A program made the position numbers and the translations under genes. This document shows positions 46,292 through 59,700 of a stretch of 64,000 nucleotides of DNA, one piece after another. A model generated the notes under the pieces. The model did no database searches. It worked only from the letters and a program-made list of their open reading frames with translations, and was not told where the DNA came from. This DNA comes from Macrostomum lignano (lineage: Eukaryota). Positions within the stretch are counted from its first letter, which is position 1. Every line of letters starts with the position of its first letter. Location: NCBI GenBank assembly GCA_002269645.1, contig NIVC01000045.1, positions 62,001 through 126,000 of the forward strand, given 5' to 3'.

Positions 46292-46674
46292 AGGAGAGTA
46301 CAGTCAGTGGGACAAGTACTATCTTGTCCAAGTTTTTTTCAAATATCGCTTACGTTGTCTATAAGGTCGACTTTAATTTTAAACATATATCTTCTTTTCA
46401 TATAATAGCTTTCACACTACCTTGAGTATGTAGGTTTTTCTTAAACAAAAATTTATTTACTCAACCTTCATCCATTAAATCTGTAACTGTCCTAAAACTC
46501 TAATTATTCTAGCAACATTTATTGCACGAGGTTTCATACAGTGATTCAATATTTTTTTCTTTCCTTGACCAATATTTTACAACTCAGACTATTCAAAATG
46601 TAAGATGGTTTGCTTAGTTGATTGCGTGTGCGCACGTTCACTAGCTCTTATGTACATTTGCTCGCTGTACAATG

Positions 46675-48846
46675 GAGGGTTCATCGGAAGTCAGAGTTAA
46701 ACTCTGACTTCCGATGAGCATCATTGCTTAAAATTTCAAAACTCTTACGTAATCTACGCACTTTATGTACACTATCGTGAATTCTTATCAGTCGATGCTT
46801 CTAAGGGGGTTTGAGATAAGGTTACCTCCACCTCGCCTATGTCTCACCTTTAAGTCGCGCACCTGAAGTCACCCACCCCTTACTCTGCACCCACCCCTAA
46901 ATTAATTACAAATATAAATATTTGCGTGTCTAGAGATCAAATCTCAGATAGAGAAAAGCGGACGGCTGCAGAGATGGAGGCACCGCTCATTAATTGGAAG
47001 CATTTGCCCTGCAGTGAGCTGGGCAACGTGACTAAGGACGAATTGAATTTTGTTTCGGAGGCTTCTTACAATGACAGAAGGGACGACGAGTTCGCTAGAT
47101 TTCTCGAATTCATTCAAAAGGAGCCCGAGCCCGATGAGCATCTGCCGCTCCTGCAGGAAGGCGGCGTAGATATCAGCGCCATGGACATCGCCGAGATTGA
47201 CAGCCTACCAGCAGACAGCAGGAAGCAGATGATCAGCCATGGACAGCGGTTCAAGACATTCCTCACAGAGGAAAATCTTCAGTGCAATTTACAAACCATT
47301 CCGAATTCGGTGCTCAACCAATACATTCGCTACTTCTACTTTAAACTGAAGAAGATTGACGGCGAACCTTACTCGCCCGCATCGCTGGTGTGCATCAGGG
47401 CTGGACTGCAGCGCTATTTGCGGATGATCGAGAAGCTAACCGTTGACATCATCAATGGAGAAGACTTTTCTTCTGCAAATAGCATGCTGCGTGTGAAGGT
47501 TCGAGACTTTCACCAGAGTGGTGGGAGGACGCAGCAGTTTGAGCCAATCGAGGAGGGGGACATGAGGAAGCTGATGATCTACTTCCAAGGCAGCACAGCT
47601 GAAGTTGAGCAGGACAAATTCTTATTCTACATCATATACAGCTTTGGCGAGCGAGGCCAGGAGCACCTCAAGTTCTTGAAGGATAGAAGCTCACTTCAAT
47701 TGCACGTCGACTCTGATGGAAAGCCGTACTACTGTCTGCCTCCGTTGCCCTCGAAAAATAAGTCAGCAGATCCAGAGAAGGCCAAGAAGCAGCCGGACAA
47801 CAAGCAGGCCAGAATTTACGACGTGGAAAAGGTGGAGAAATACCTCAAGCTGCTTCCAGTTACAACGAAGGACAACAATCTGTTTCCTCGTCCTTTGGCC
47901 AGCCGCAACGATGGAGGCCCTGTTTTCTCCTCGAAGCAGAACCGTGGAGAGAATTATCTGAGTGGCTTCATGAGAAACTTGAGTACGAAGGCGGGACTTG
48001 CGAAGACCTACACGAATCATTGCATTCGGTAAGACTGATAAATTAATAATAGTAACTTTAATTATGTTATGATACATGTTATGTTACCAGTTACTCATGA
48101 ATCCAACTATATAAATTTGCACTCTAAAACAGGGTCACGCGAATATGCGATCTCGAGGCGGCAGGGCACAGCATGAGCGATATAATGAGCATTTCTGGAC
48201 AGCTGAGCGAGCGAACGACTAGGAGGTACCTAGCCAAGCGTCGCGACCGGTCGCTTCAAAAGACGAGTGAGTCTGTTCAGGTGGCGTTGAATCGTCATGA
48301 TCTAGAGCAAGAAGCTGGGCCACCCGAACATGCTGATGCTGTTGAGATTGTCGGTGAGACTGCAGTATCGACGGAGGTTAGTGTTAGCACTGAAGCTGCC
48401 TATTCTGTTGGTACGAAGTTTGCCTTCAACAATTGCACCTTTCACGGATGTTCCTTTAATTAGGCATGCAATCTTTACTTCTACAAAAATCAGCAAATTG
48501 TACTCGTAGAATTACTGAAAGAATAAGAACGACAGTCTAGTTTAATATTTTTTATTTAATGACTTTTAGTACTTTGCTCGACCAGTATGATGTTCATCAC
48601 CGACAAAAATTTACATGATATACTGACACCAGCTGTGCTTTTTGTACTGTCGATTTTGCAATTCTTGTGCCAGTTTAATTATTTACATCTTAAAATAAAC
48701 GTTTTGAATTGACTGATGCAAAATATGCTTTGCAAGATGCTGGATAAAAACTGGCTTGAATTAATTGGTTGCATTGGAATTGGAATTCTAGGCAATGGCC
48801 GGCCATTGCCATGGGTCATTGCCATGAGGAGAAATTTTGGGCAATG
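46675..48846 (+). mobile_element. Crypton-type tyrosine-recombinase DNA transposon inserted in the 5' LTR
   Basis: 2172-bp interruption relative to the intact 3' LTR; CAATG duplicated at both junctions (46670-74, 48842-46); encodes a DUF3504/YR-type protein. Confidence 0.85.
46974..48463 (+). CDS. Crypton tyrosine recombinase (DUF3504 / ZMYM-QRICH1-KCTD1-related YR), 2 exons
   Basis: Exon to 48028 (phase 2) plus exon 48133-48463, GT-AG intron 48029-48132. Motifs DGEPYSPASL..IRAGLQRYL, FGERGQE (Arg), YTNHCIR (HxxR), MSISGQ, RRY (Tyr). The start codon is uncertain. Confidence 0.85.
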
Positions 48847-48936
48847 ATAATATATAAGTGAATGCCTTGGCGCCCTGGGCAGCCAAGAGTTGGTCTACGC
48901 CTTAAGCCAATTTCTCGTTTTCGCTTGTTCTTACAT

Positions 48937-48948
48937 TGGTGGCAGCGG
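48937..48948 (+). promoter_or_regulatory. Primer binding site, tRNA-Leu
   Basis: TGGTGGCAGCGG one nucleotide after the 5' LTR end; complementary to the ...CCGCTGCCACCA 3' end of eukaryotic tRNA-Leu. Confidence 0.85.
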
Positions 48949-48953
48949 CGGCT

Positions 48954-49796
48954 ATGACTGAAAATGAAGGCAGTGCAGAGAGCCCTGCAGTGGCGGTGAC
49001 TCAGCCCCAAGCTAGTTTTGTCAACATGTTTTTGCGGCCGCCTTAATACCAGCATGGACAAGACTTTGAACTTTGGCTGGCGCGATTCAACAATTTCGCA
49101 TCATCTCTTCCTGTGGATCAGCGCAAGAATGCTCTGCTGTCATTCCTCGACGACAAATCATATCAAGCGGCCAGCAATTTGGATGCTGCCCTGTCCTACG
49201 ACGACTTTGAGAAGGCTCTGAAAAATCGATTTCGGCCATCAACATCCTCTGCTGAGCTGCAGGCGCAGTTCTTCAATCTGACTCAAAAGGACGGTCAGTC
49301 GGTTGCAGACTATTCCGATGCCCTGATCGTTGCGGCAAAACGCGCTTTCCCGAGTCTGATGGAGACGAAAGCAAGTGCCGAGCAGGAGACGTCGGTGACA
49401 GCGAAGGACGAGCTTCTCAAAGGTCGGTTTCTATCCGGATTGAGGGACCCAGCTGTGCGAATGCAGACGCAGATGCAGCCAAAGGCGACATTCGCTGATA
49501 CAGTTGAAACAGCGCGATTCGTGGAATCGATACAGTCGCAAGGAGGCACTGCTACGGCTCTAGCTGCTGAGGTTCTGGAAGCCTTTGCAGTCGGAATTCA
49601 ACGGTCCCTGAAGGAGCTGTCCAACAAGCTCAGCCGCTGGGAGTCAAAGGACCAGGATCATCGTCAGAGCGGCGACAGACGCAGAGTTGTGACATGCTGG
49701 AAGTGCGGTAAGCCGGGCCATGTTCAAAGATTTTGCACTCAGAAGTCGGGAAACTTCGATGGAGCGGCGACCGCCGGGGTGCCGTTCCGCAAGTGA
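48954..49796 (+). pseudogene. gag: gag with one in-frame TAA
   Basis: ATG 48954 is in frame with ORF 49113-49796; TAA at 49044-46; CWKCGKPGHVQRFC knuckle. Confidence 0.88.
49748..49788 (+). promoter_or_regulatory. -1 programmed ribosomal frameshift signal
   Basis: Slippery heptamer G GGA AAC (49748-54) in gag frame, 6-nt spacer, hairpin ggagcggc/gccgttcc. A -1 slip enters the pol frame (KLRWSG). Confidence 0.8.
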
Positions 49797-52700
49797 GAAT
49801 CCCGGCGCAACCAATCGTAGAGGTGTCCTGCTCAGCCACTGGTGCCAACATGCTGGTAAACTGTCGCATCCTGCCAATGTGTATCCCTGCCAGCTGTCTA
49901 GTTGACACTGGGTGTTCCCAGTCTTTGATGTCAAGTTCCCTGTTTCGCAAGCTGAATGACAGGCTCCTGCCTTTGACGACTCCGGTGCAGTTGAAGCTAG
50001 CAGACGGTAACTATTTGGCTGCCTGTGGTTGGCAGGAAGTGCAGCTAAGTTTCGGTGTGGCAACGGTTCGACAAAGAGTTTTAGTTGTCGACAATCTGGC
50101 CAAGGATTTTTTGCTGGGTGCAGATTTCCTGGCAAACTGTGGCTGCGTCATCGACTGCAATCGCCAAACGCTCACTGTGTGCGGTCAGCAAGTAAAAATG
50201 GAGTCATCGGCAGCAAGTAGCTGTGTATTCGCCGTTGAGGTAGCAGACAGGACAACCGTGCCCGCTGGTAACGAAATCGTTTTCCCAGCGAGATTGGCAA
50301 GTGAGTCAGATGCAGCTGTTGATGGTGAGTGCGGCATCTTTGAGCCTGACAATTCGAAGGACATCTCCACGGTCATGTGTGGAGCGCGCAGCCTCTCGGT
50401 GTTGCGAGGAGGACTCATCGCCGTTCACTATGTCAATACGGACACCAAGCCGCATACATTTTACCCCGGAACAAGACTGGGGACTTTTGAGCCGATGTCA
50501 GATGGTGCCGATGCAGAGTTGTCAATGCAAGTTGAGACAGTGAAAGGTCAAATCGCCGAGTATGTACCAAATGTGCACATTGATGAGAAAAATCTTACAG
50601 CCAATCAAGTTCAGTGTGTCAAAGATCTTCTGCATCAGTACCAGGATGTGTTCTCGAAAAGTCCAAACGACCTGGGCTGCACTTCACTCCTTGACCACAA
50701 AATTGACACCGGGTCGGCGAAACCTATCAGAGTGCCCCCTCGTCGATTGTCGCCGCCGAACCAGCGAGCTGTGTCAGAGATGGTCGAGCAGATGGTGAGA
50801 GACGACATCGTAGAGCCTTCGAATTCTCCGTGGTCGAGCCCGGTCATTCTGGTGAAGAAGAAGGACGGCAGTTTGCGCTTCGTGAACGACTTCAGACTGC
50901 TCAACTCCGTGACCGTCAAAGACAGTCATCCACTGCCTCACACCAGCGATCTGATCGATGCTCTCGCAGGATCCACAATGTTCTCAACGCTCGACTTCAC
51001 TAGCGGGTACACCCAGGTGATGCTGGACTCAGAGAGTCGCGCAAAAACAGCATTTCCTGCGCCACAAGGATTATTCCAGTACAAGAGACTACCGCAAGGT
51101 GTGTGCAATGGTCCTGCCACGTTTTCAAGGCTGATGGAACTCGTTCTGAAGGGCCTCTGATGGGAAGTGTGCCTGTCATTTCTTGACGACGTTGTCATCT
51201 TTTCGAAAGGATTCGAGGAGCATCTGCGGCGTCTTGAGCTTGTGTTGCAGAAATTCAGAACCGCTAACCTGAAGTTGAAGCCGACCAAGTGCCACTTGTG
51301 CTATCAGGAGATCTCATTTCTTGGCTTTCGAATCTCAAAAGATGGCGTGACCACTGACCCGGACAAGGCGAAAGCAGTGCAAGAGTGGCCAACGCCCGAA
51401 GATCGTTCAGAAGTGCGTCAATTCCTGGGGTTATGTGGCTACTATCGTCATTTCGTTAAAAACTACAGTGAGATTGCTGAACCGCTGTACAAGCTAACGC
51501 AAAAGGACGTGACCTTCAGCTGGACTCTCGAATGCTCAGCAGCATTTAATCGACTAAAGCAGTGCCTTACTTCCAGCCCAGTCCTCATCATGCCGACATT
51601 CGCAGAAGACGCTGAGTTCGTGCTAGATACCGATGCCTCTGGCGTGGCCATCTCCGGAGTTCTTCAAGAGCGCCGTGGTGGCAGGACGCAGGTGGTGGCG
51701 TACGGCAGTCGCATTCTGTCCAAAGCAGAGAGAAATTACTGCACAACGAGGCGTGAGCTGCTGGCAATTGTGCACTTCGTCGGTCACTATCGCAGCTACT
51801 TGTTAGGAAAAAGATTCACACTACGTACTGATCACGCCTCGCTGATCCATCTTCTGCGCTTTCGAGATCCCGATGGTCAGCTGGCACGGTGGCTGGATAA
51901 GCTAAGCGAATTCGACTACCAGACGGAGTATCGCAAGGGCGAGAAACATGGAAATGCAGACGCACTTAGTCGGCGACCGTGTCGAAAAGGACCTTGCCTG
52001 TGCAGTGGCTCTGCGCTCGCTGTCGAGTTCAATGACGACAGCGCGATTCGACGAGCACAGGCAGAGGATCGGTGCATGCAGAAGCTGGCGAACTGCTTGC
52101 GAGATGGTCAACCACCGGATAAGGCAGAGAGGGACGGCTGGAGCAATCGGCAGCGGCAACTGCTGTCCGAGTTTAAGCGGCTGACACTGGTGAACGGACT
52201 GCTGTGCCGCCGATGGGAATCCGAAGATGGCAGCGCCTTTTGTCAGCAGCTGCTGGTGCCAGAGAGTCTACAGCGCGATGTTTTTGTCGAAGCTCATGCT
52301 GGAACGAGCGGCAGCCACTGCGGACCGCAGAAGACCATTGAAAAGATCAGGGCGCGACTCTACTGGCCTGGAATGACAGCAGATGTGACTGACTGGTGTG
52401 CTGCGTGCCTCGAATGCGCGACGCTGAAAGATTCTGGCCAGCACAGGCGGGCACCTCTACAGAGCATGGCGGTCGGCAGCGTTGGCCAGCGACTGGAAAT
52501 GGACTTCATGGTGGGCCTGCCGAGGACCGATCGTGGAAATTCAGTCATCCTGGTAGTCATCGACACCTTCAGCAAGTGGACTGAGGCCTTTCCACTGCCG
52601 TCTCAAGACGCTGAGACCACAGCCCGGACGTTTGTCAACGAGTGGGTGGCTCGCTTTGGAGTCCCGCAGTAGGTGCACACCGACCAGGGTCGGAACTGGG

Positions 52701-53402
52701 AGTCACAGCTGTTTCAAGAGACGATGCGGCTGCTGAAAATCGACAAGACTCGGACGACAGGCTACCACCCTGAAGGAGACGGCGGTTGCGAACGGATGAA
52801 CCGGACACTGGTACAGCTGCTGCGTGCATGGGTGAACGATAATCAGCGAGACTGGGATCTTCATCTGCAGATTGCACTGATGGGCTACCGCACTTCAGTC
52901 CACAAGTCGACTGGTCAGACACCTTCGGCGATGCATTTCGGCCGGGAACTGCGACTACCACTGGACTTGGCATACGGAGGTCTGGCGCCGGATAGGCAAC
53001 GTCCTTGTGAATGGGTGGCCGAGCTGCGGAGCCGGCTGCAGACATCGCACGAGAGGGCGCGACAAAACTTGGAGGCAGCGCAACTGCACCAGAAGGCAGC
53101 GTACGACAGGAGGTGCCATGGCGAGGCATTCAGCGAGGACGATCTGGTCTGGCTGCACAATCCGGCGCTGAAGCGAGGCGAGAGCCGAAAATTTCATCGA
53201 TGGTGGACTGGGCCATGGCGCGTTAAAAAGCAGATCTCAGACGTCACCTACCGCATTCAGCACGAGGCCAATGCACGACGGCGAAGGGTGGTGCATTTCA
53301 ATCGCCTGAAGCCATGCAACACGGCCAGTCCAGCTGCAGCACCTCAATTGCAACCAGCGGCGCAACTGCACAATCCTGACGAGGACGACCTGAGATTTGA
53401 CG

Positions 53403-53640
53403 GCGTCCCAGCCGGCGCCCCAGCCGGCGTCCCAGCCGGCGCCCCAGCCGGCGCCCCAGCCGGCGCCCCAGCCGGCGCCCCAGCCGGCGCCCCAGTCGGC
53501 GCCCCGGTCGGCGCCCCAGCCGGCGCCCTAGCCGGCGCCCCAGCCGGCGCCCCAGTCGGCGCCCCAGCCGGCGCCCCAGTCGGCGCCCCAGCCGGCGCCC
53601 CAGTCGGCGCCCCGGTCGGCGCCCCAGCCGGCGCCCCTGC
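53403..53640 (+). repeat. In-frame 12-bp repeat (~20 copies) encoding (P-A/V-G-A/V)n in the integrase tail
   Basis: Unit CCAGCCGGCGCC with CCAGTC/GGCGTC variants. Confidence 0.95.
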
Positions 53641-53920
53641 TGATGTTCCAGAGCATCCTGAGCAGCCTGTATTGCGCCGAAGTGAGAGGGCCCGTGCCCC
53701 GCCAGAATTTTTTGGTGAAGTGTATACTCATTGAATGCAGATTTTCTTAGAAATTTTTTTTTGAAACATTGACATTGCTTAAGTTTTTTTTTTTAATTTC
53801 CTCTTTTATTTCCCTCAAATACTTATTCGTTCAAATATTCGATCACAATTCGTCGAACTCATACTCGTTACTTTTTTTTAACACAACGAAAAATGCAGAA
53901 AGTGAGTGGAACACTTTTTT

Positions 53921-53933
53921 GAAAGAAGGAGAG
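53921..53933 (+). promoter_or_regulatory. Polypurine tract
   Basis: GAAAGAAGGAGAG 3 nt before the 3' LTR TG. Confidence 0.8.
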
Positions 53934-54549
53934 CATTGTAAGATGGTTTGCTTAGTTGATTGCGTGTGCGCACGTTCACTAGCTCTTATGTACATTTGCT
54001 CGCTGTACAATGATAATATATAAGTGAATGCCTTGGCGCCCTGGGCAGCCAAGAGTTGGTCTACGCCTTAAGCCAATTTCTCGTTTTCGCTTGTTCTTAC
54101 AAAAATATTCAGCTTCTATTTCACCGAGTGGCATATAAACTTCAAATTCTCCCATAATTATTTATTTCTCTAAGCTAAACTCGATACGGCTCGATAAATA
54201 TTATTTAAAAAATAAATAAACACGTTGATTTACGTGTCGGGCCAGGCACAAACATGCTTAACTATCAACTGCCTTTTGACTGTCTTCACTTTACCACACT
54301 GGTTTACAATTAAAGCAAAAAAACTTAAAAAACAAAATCCTGGAAAACCACGCTAAAAAGTAAGACACTTGTCTCTCAGTAGTTTGCCAGAAAGGTTTTC
54401 CAACAAAAAATGGTATTTTACGTACAAGTTCGATATTTATGTATTTGTTTTGAGACCCGAAAAATTCTAACACTGCAAGAACACGACAGGTTTATAGGAA
54501 AATCCGAAAATTATAATCAAAACTGGCGGCAAAAGCGATTCATTTAAAC

Positions 54550-54634
54550 CAAGGGTCGGCAAACTTTTACTTCAAGGGCCAGATAAGGAGTTTAGATCAT
54601 TGCTGCGGGCCAGATGAGAGTGGAAAGGAGATTA

Positions 54635-54675
<41 letters not shown>

Positions 54676-55029
54676 AAAAAAGAGGAGATGACAGAAGAAA
54701 GGAGAGATGAGAGACGCGATACGAGAATAGATGAGATAGAAGGTACTCTTCTCGTAGAAGATAAAATTAGATACGATCATGTAGATAGAGCTAGGATAGA
54801 GATGAGAGAGGAGAGAAGAAAGTTGAGGAGATGAGAGATGAAAGGCGGGAGATGAGATGAGAGAGGAGAAAGAAGACGATTTGAGATGAGAGAAAAGAGA
54901 GAAGAAAAGAGAAAGGAGACAACTTATAAAACACACAGACCCTGATTGGGCCGGATTGCTATTGTGAAGTTTCAAAGGACCCGAGGTCCGGATAGAGAGG
55001 CTTCGCGGGCCGGAGGTTGCCGACTCCTC
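54550..55029. mobile_element. Non-autonomous hAT (Charlie-like) element with 8-bp TSD and internal (GA)n
   Basis: Termini caagggtcggcaaac / ggttgccgactcctc; TSD atttaaac at 54542-49 and 55030-37. Confidence 0.85.
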
Positions 55030-55990
55030 ATTTAAACAAACCTTGGATGACTAAAAGATGGTTAAATAACATGAAACTATAATTATTGAAATCTAGAGTA
55101 TATTTTCAACTAAGCTGGTTTTAAACAAAAATAAACTGTTTATCGATAATCTAATATACTAAAAATGAAAAAAAACATTTCATGCTTGCTTGCTTAAATA
55201 GACTAAAAACAAAACTGAACTAAACTAAGTAGGTACATAAATTGACACAAAAAATAATGAAAAATGTCATTATGCGTTATAATGAAAAGTGCCACATAGT
55301 CTTAGCCGAAATGACAATTTGTGGCTTCAAACTCGCCACTGTCAGTTCTGTTGAGCTTTTACCTCTACTAAGGTTAGTAACATTTCTACCCTGTACAATA
55401 ATTTCTCAAGCAAAAATATACCCTTGGCTTGAAATTAATTTGGGAATGCTTTGCAGCATGTCACGAGCTCTGCATTCACTCGTTGAATAATAGAAAAAAA
55501 ACATTATGCGTGGGCACTGAAAATAATAAAAAGACAAGTGTACAAGAAAAAAATATTCGACAGAGAAACAAGAAGCGAATGCAGCGAGCCCCAGAAAAAA
55601 TGAAATGAAAGGAGCGAAGGGTTGAGCAGAGTGTGCGGGGAGCAGTTGCTTGGATACCTAATAGCCTCACTCCGACCCCCACTGCTCAGCTTACTCTCGG
55701 CGTTAAAGACCTCAATAAAATAGGTCAGTATCTTTCCATTGCTTCAAATGAGATTACCTTAGAATTGTAGTAACAAGAGGGTTGCTCTGAGAGAAGCCTT
55801 TATAGCCCATTGCTTACGTCGCCTCCAAACCGTCATTGCCAGGGGGTGTCATCGCTATTTAAGGCGCGGGTGTGCGGCAGGGGTGCCAAGGCTTAAGGCT
55901 TTTATTAACTCCACTAAAACTGTGATACAATGCAAAAAAATTGTATTTTACGCCAACTTACGTTTCTAGATTGAAGGCTTTCTTGATTAC

Positions 55991-56716
<726 letters not shown>

Positions 56717-59700
56717 ATGCAGATATAGCTTGACATTTCGAGTAAAAAGAAGCCCTCAAAGTAAATTGTTGCCATGAAAGCAGAAAATTCATGGGCAGCT
56801 TTGTGTTGGACAAGAGATACTTAGCCTTAGCCATCCAAATTAAAAAAATGTGCTACTGCTAGGCAAAAAAAATTTATGGCTCATAAAGATCAATGGAGCT
56901 CCCCGAGTTTACCCATTTTCACGAATGCAGCTCAGAGCTGCTTAGCTGCAACGCAACTTGGTTCAATTCATGCGAGCAAGCGGGGCTGCGGGGTAAGGGT
57001 GGCATTGGGTGCTAGTATATTCGTACGACGAGATGAGCCCACTAGTGAACTCATTTGAAAATTGCCCAATTGTCAGTGGCGCCATCGGTTGTTGAGTTGC
57101 GGTTTCGACCTGATTTAAAAATAGAATTCGCTCTCATGCTTGCAAGATATAAAGGCTCTGTCGAACAAGAGTTTTCGGGCAAGCTTTCTTCATCTGCCGA
57201 AATTGAAACAGTTGCAGAAACTACCGAGAGTCTCACCAGTTTATGTAAGTAATCGACAGCTTTTGTTTAATTGCTATTGTTTTACACAAATATAGTACAT
57301 CCGTGTCACCAACAAGTTGAAACGCTGAATGCCTGCTTAACCTTAGATATAAGTAAAAGAGTGAGAAATTGCTTGGTCTTTTTTATTCCAAAATGTCTCC
57401 TCCCTAAAAGTACTGCTTAATTTGTATGTTTTCTGCATTGAAGTTTTGCATAGAGAAGCATTAATGTTATTAATTCCCGTGAAAGTTAATGATAGGGTCG
57501 CTGTTGAAAAACTACCTCGTTAAGAATTAATTCCGTTATGAGTAGTTAAAATTTTTCATCTTCGATTGAATGTTACGCCCGTATTTTCGATTTTACTTTA
57601 ATTGTCTCAACTTGCGGCGTCAGTCTTTTCAGATATTTGATTACATTCTATTGTTTAAATTTATATGCTTGGTCACCATTTGATTTAATTTCCAGGATAC
57701 TGATTTGTTGTTAGGGCAATTCGATCATCATAGGGAAAAAGAATCCACAGCTACGAGCGTATATCAGGCAATTTCTTGCTGAAGTCATGAACTCACAGTA
57801 AACCGAACACTTTTTAGCTTTGAGTTCTAGTTTACGCACCCGTGCACATATTAATGTCATATTCCAAGTTGTTTTTTTGGTACAAGGAGTACTTTACTAC
57901 ACATTACGTTACTTTAGTCGTCCTTGATTTGCTACTATCTAGTAAATTTTGGAAAACAAATTTCTTGGTCGCTACTAATAGTAGTATAGGACAAAATTTT
58001 AAATTTCATTTTTTTGCTGGTGTGCAGCATAATGTTTAGTTGGGCATTGTCACTCCTGCCATGCTACCGTGTAGAGAAGAATTTACATTTGCTCTTTAAC
58101 TCCGCGGTAAGCGTTGAAGCAATTTTGCCTGTATCATAGATGCTCATTTTTTTCGTAAGCGCGGACCAATCTTGAGACTAATTGAGCACAACACAATTGA
58201 CTAATTCATTAGACGACCCGACACGTTTTGCTCGGGTGTGTTCTAAAAAAAACTTGGAATTCAACTTTTTTATAAACATCTTTTAGATTTTTACCCTTAC
58301 CACATCTTACACTGTACAGGTAAATTTACGAGCATTAAAGCCTTTTGGTATTTAGCTGCATCAGCGCAGTTTGGTCTGATGTGTCCCGTAAAGAATGTCG
58401 AGTAAATTTAAGTGCAACCTATGCATGTACCACAGATACTGATATGCAAAGCTCGATAAACGTTGGAATTTAGACGTAGATACCATAAACATACGATTAG
58501 TCAATACACAAATAAAGGAATGGGTACTCTGGATTGTAACAAATATATTAGTAGTAGAATTATCATGAAGCTAAATTTTTCAAAATTTCTACGAGTTTTT
58601 TCTAGACTTCCAAATATGCCATCTTCCCTGTTATTTGTACAGGTCCCACGGTATTGCCATCATTTATACCGTAAGTGACAACTGCAGCTTACCTTGTGGC
58701 ATGGCTAGCATTGACTTACTTGACTTAGCTGCAGGACGGTCCGTAGACACAGCGGGGAGGCAGGGGTCGCCCATTCCGCTAGCCCCTGAAGGCCCGCAGA
58801 CAGGCAGAGGCGTGGGGCCGGTCAGGGTGATCCGCCGGTTTTATATTTACAAGTTGAAAAAATACTAATTGCAAAGAAGACTCCGTTTGTCATTACTAAA
58901 AGTAGTTTGTTGCAAAGTTAAGATAGATATAGACAAGAAAAATTAAGAAATTTATTGGATAGCAGGTTTGAGTTTCTTGCGATTAGTAAGATATTGTTTT
59001 TGTTTAGGCACCATTTTGACTGGTTTTCAACGAGTGTTAATAGTCCTACCTTATCCGTTCACCTTGAGAATGTCACCTTGATTTTGTTCCTAGAATACTG
59101 TACAGTTTTATCGATTTCAGCGCATTCGTGGCTCATATTGATAGTTCATGACTGTACTCAAATCTTGTTCTGTAACCCATAAAATTTCTCCAATTAGATT
59201 GATCCCAAGCTGCTCTTCATCGGCGGAGCATTCGGAGTCTGAAAACAGCGGCCACACTGGCTCGCGATCGAGCCGGCTCGGTTACTGAAAATTTCTGGTC
59301 ACCTGCAGGCTAATCATCAAATTAGTTAGGTGAGAATCAAAAAGTTGATTTTTTGTGAAAGCGTTGCAGAGCTGAATATTTCCATTGTTGAGTGGCATTT
59401 TATAATTCTAAATTTGTTGGCAAAGAAACGTTTGCTGGAGTTTTCTGATTACCTAATTCATGTAATGCCCGCAAGTAATAAATGTACGATTATTACACTC
59501 TAATATCTACTAATCTTTTACAATAACGTCTGAACATTTTTATGCAGCAGAACGCAATCCTTGTTGCCTATGGATCTTAAAGCTCGTCCACTGCTGTCTG
59601 CAGTCAAAAAATTATTTTCCTTGATTTTTATTAAACTCGCATATTTTTACAAGTTTCTACTTAAAAAGAGCCCTATTGTCATATACATACAGAAACCCCT

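Larger units (their letters stand above)
49733..53734 (+). pseudogene. pol: pol (PR-RT-RH-IN) with two in-frame stops and no frameshifts
   Basis: LVDTGCS, NDFRLLN, FLDD, DTDASG, TDHASL, His-Cys zinc finger, rve (MDF..DTFSK..HTDQG..CERMN), GPW. TGA 51158-60 and TAG 52670-72, all in one frame. Confidence 0.93.
46599..54101 (+). mobile_element. Full-length Ty3/Gypsy LTR retrotransposon, very young, with 4-bp TSD
   Basis: 165-bp TG...CA LTRs (5' = 46599-46674 + 48847-48935; 3' = 53937-54101) identical by eye; TSD AAAA (46595-98, 54102-05); PBS; PPT; gag and pol. Confidence 0.96.
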
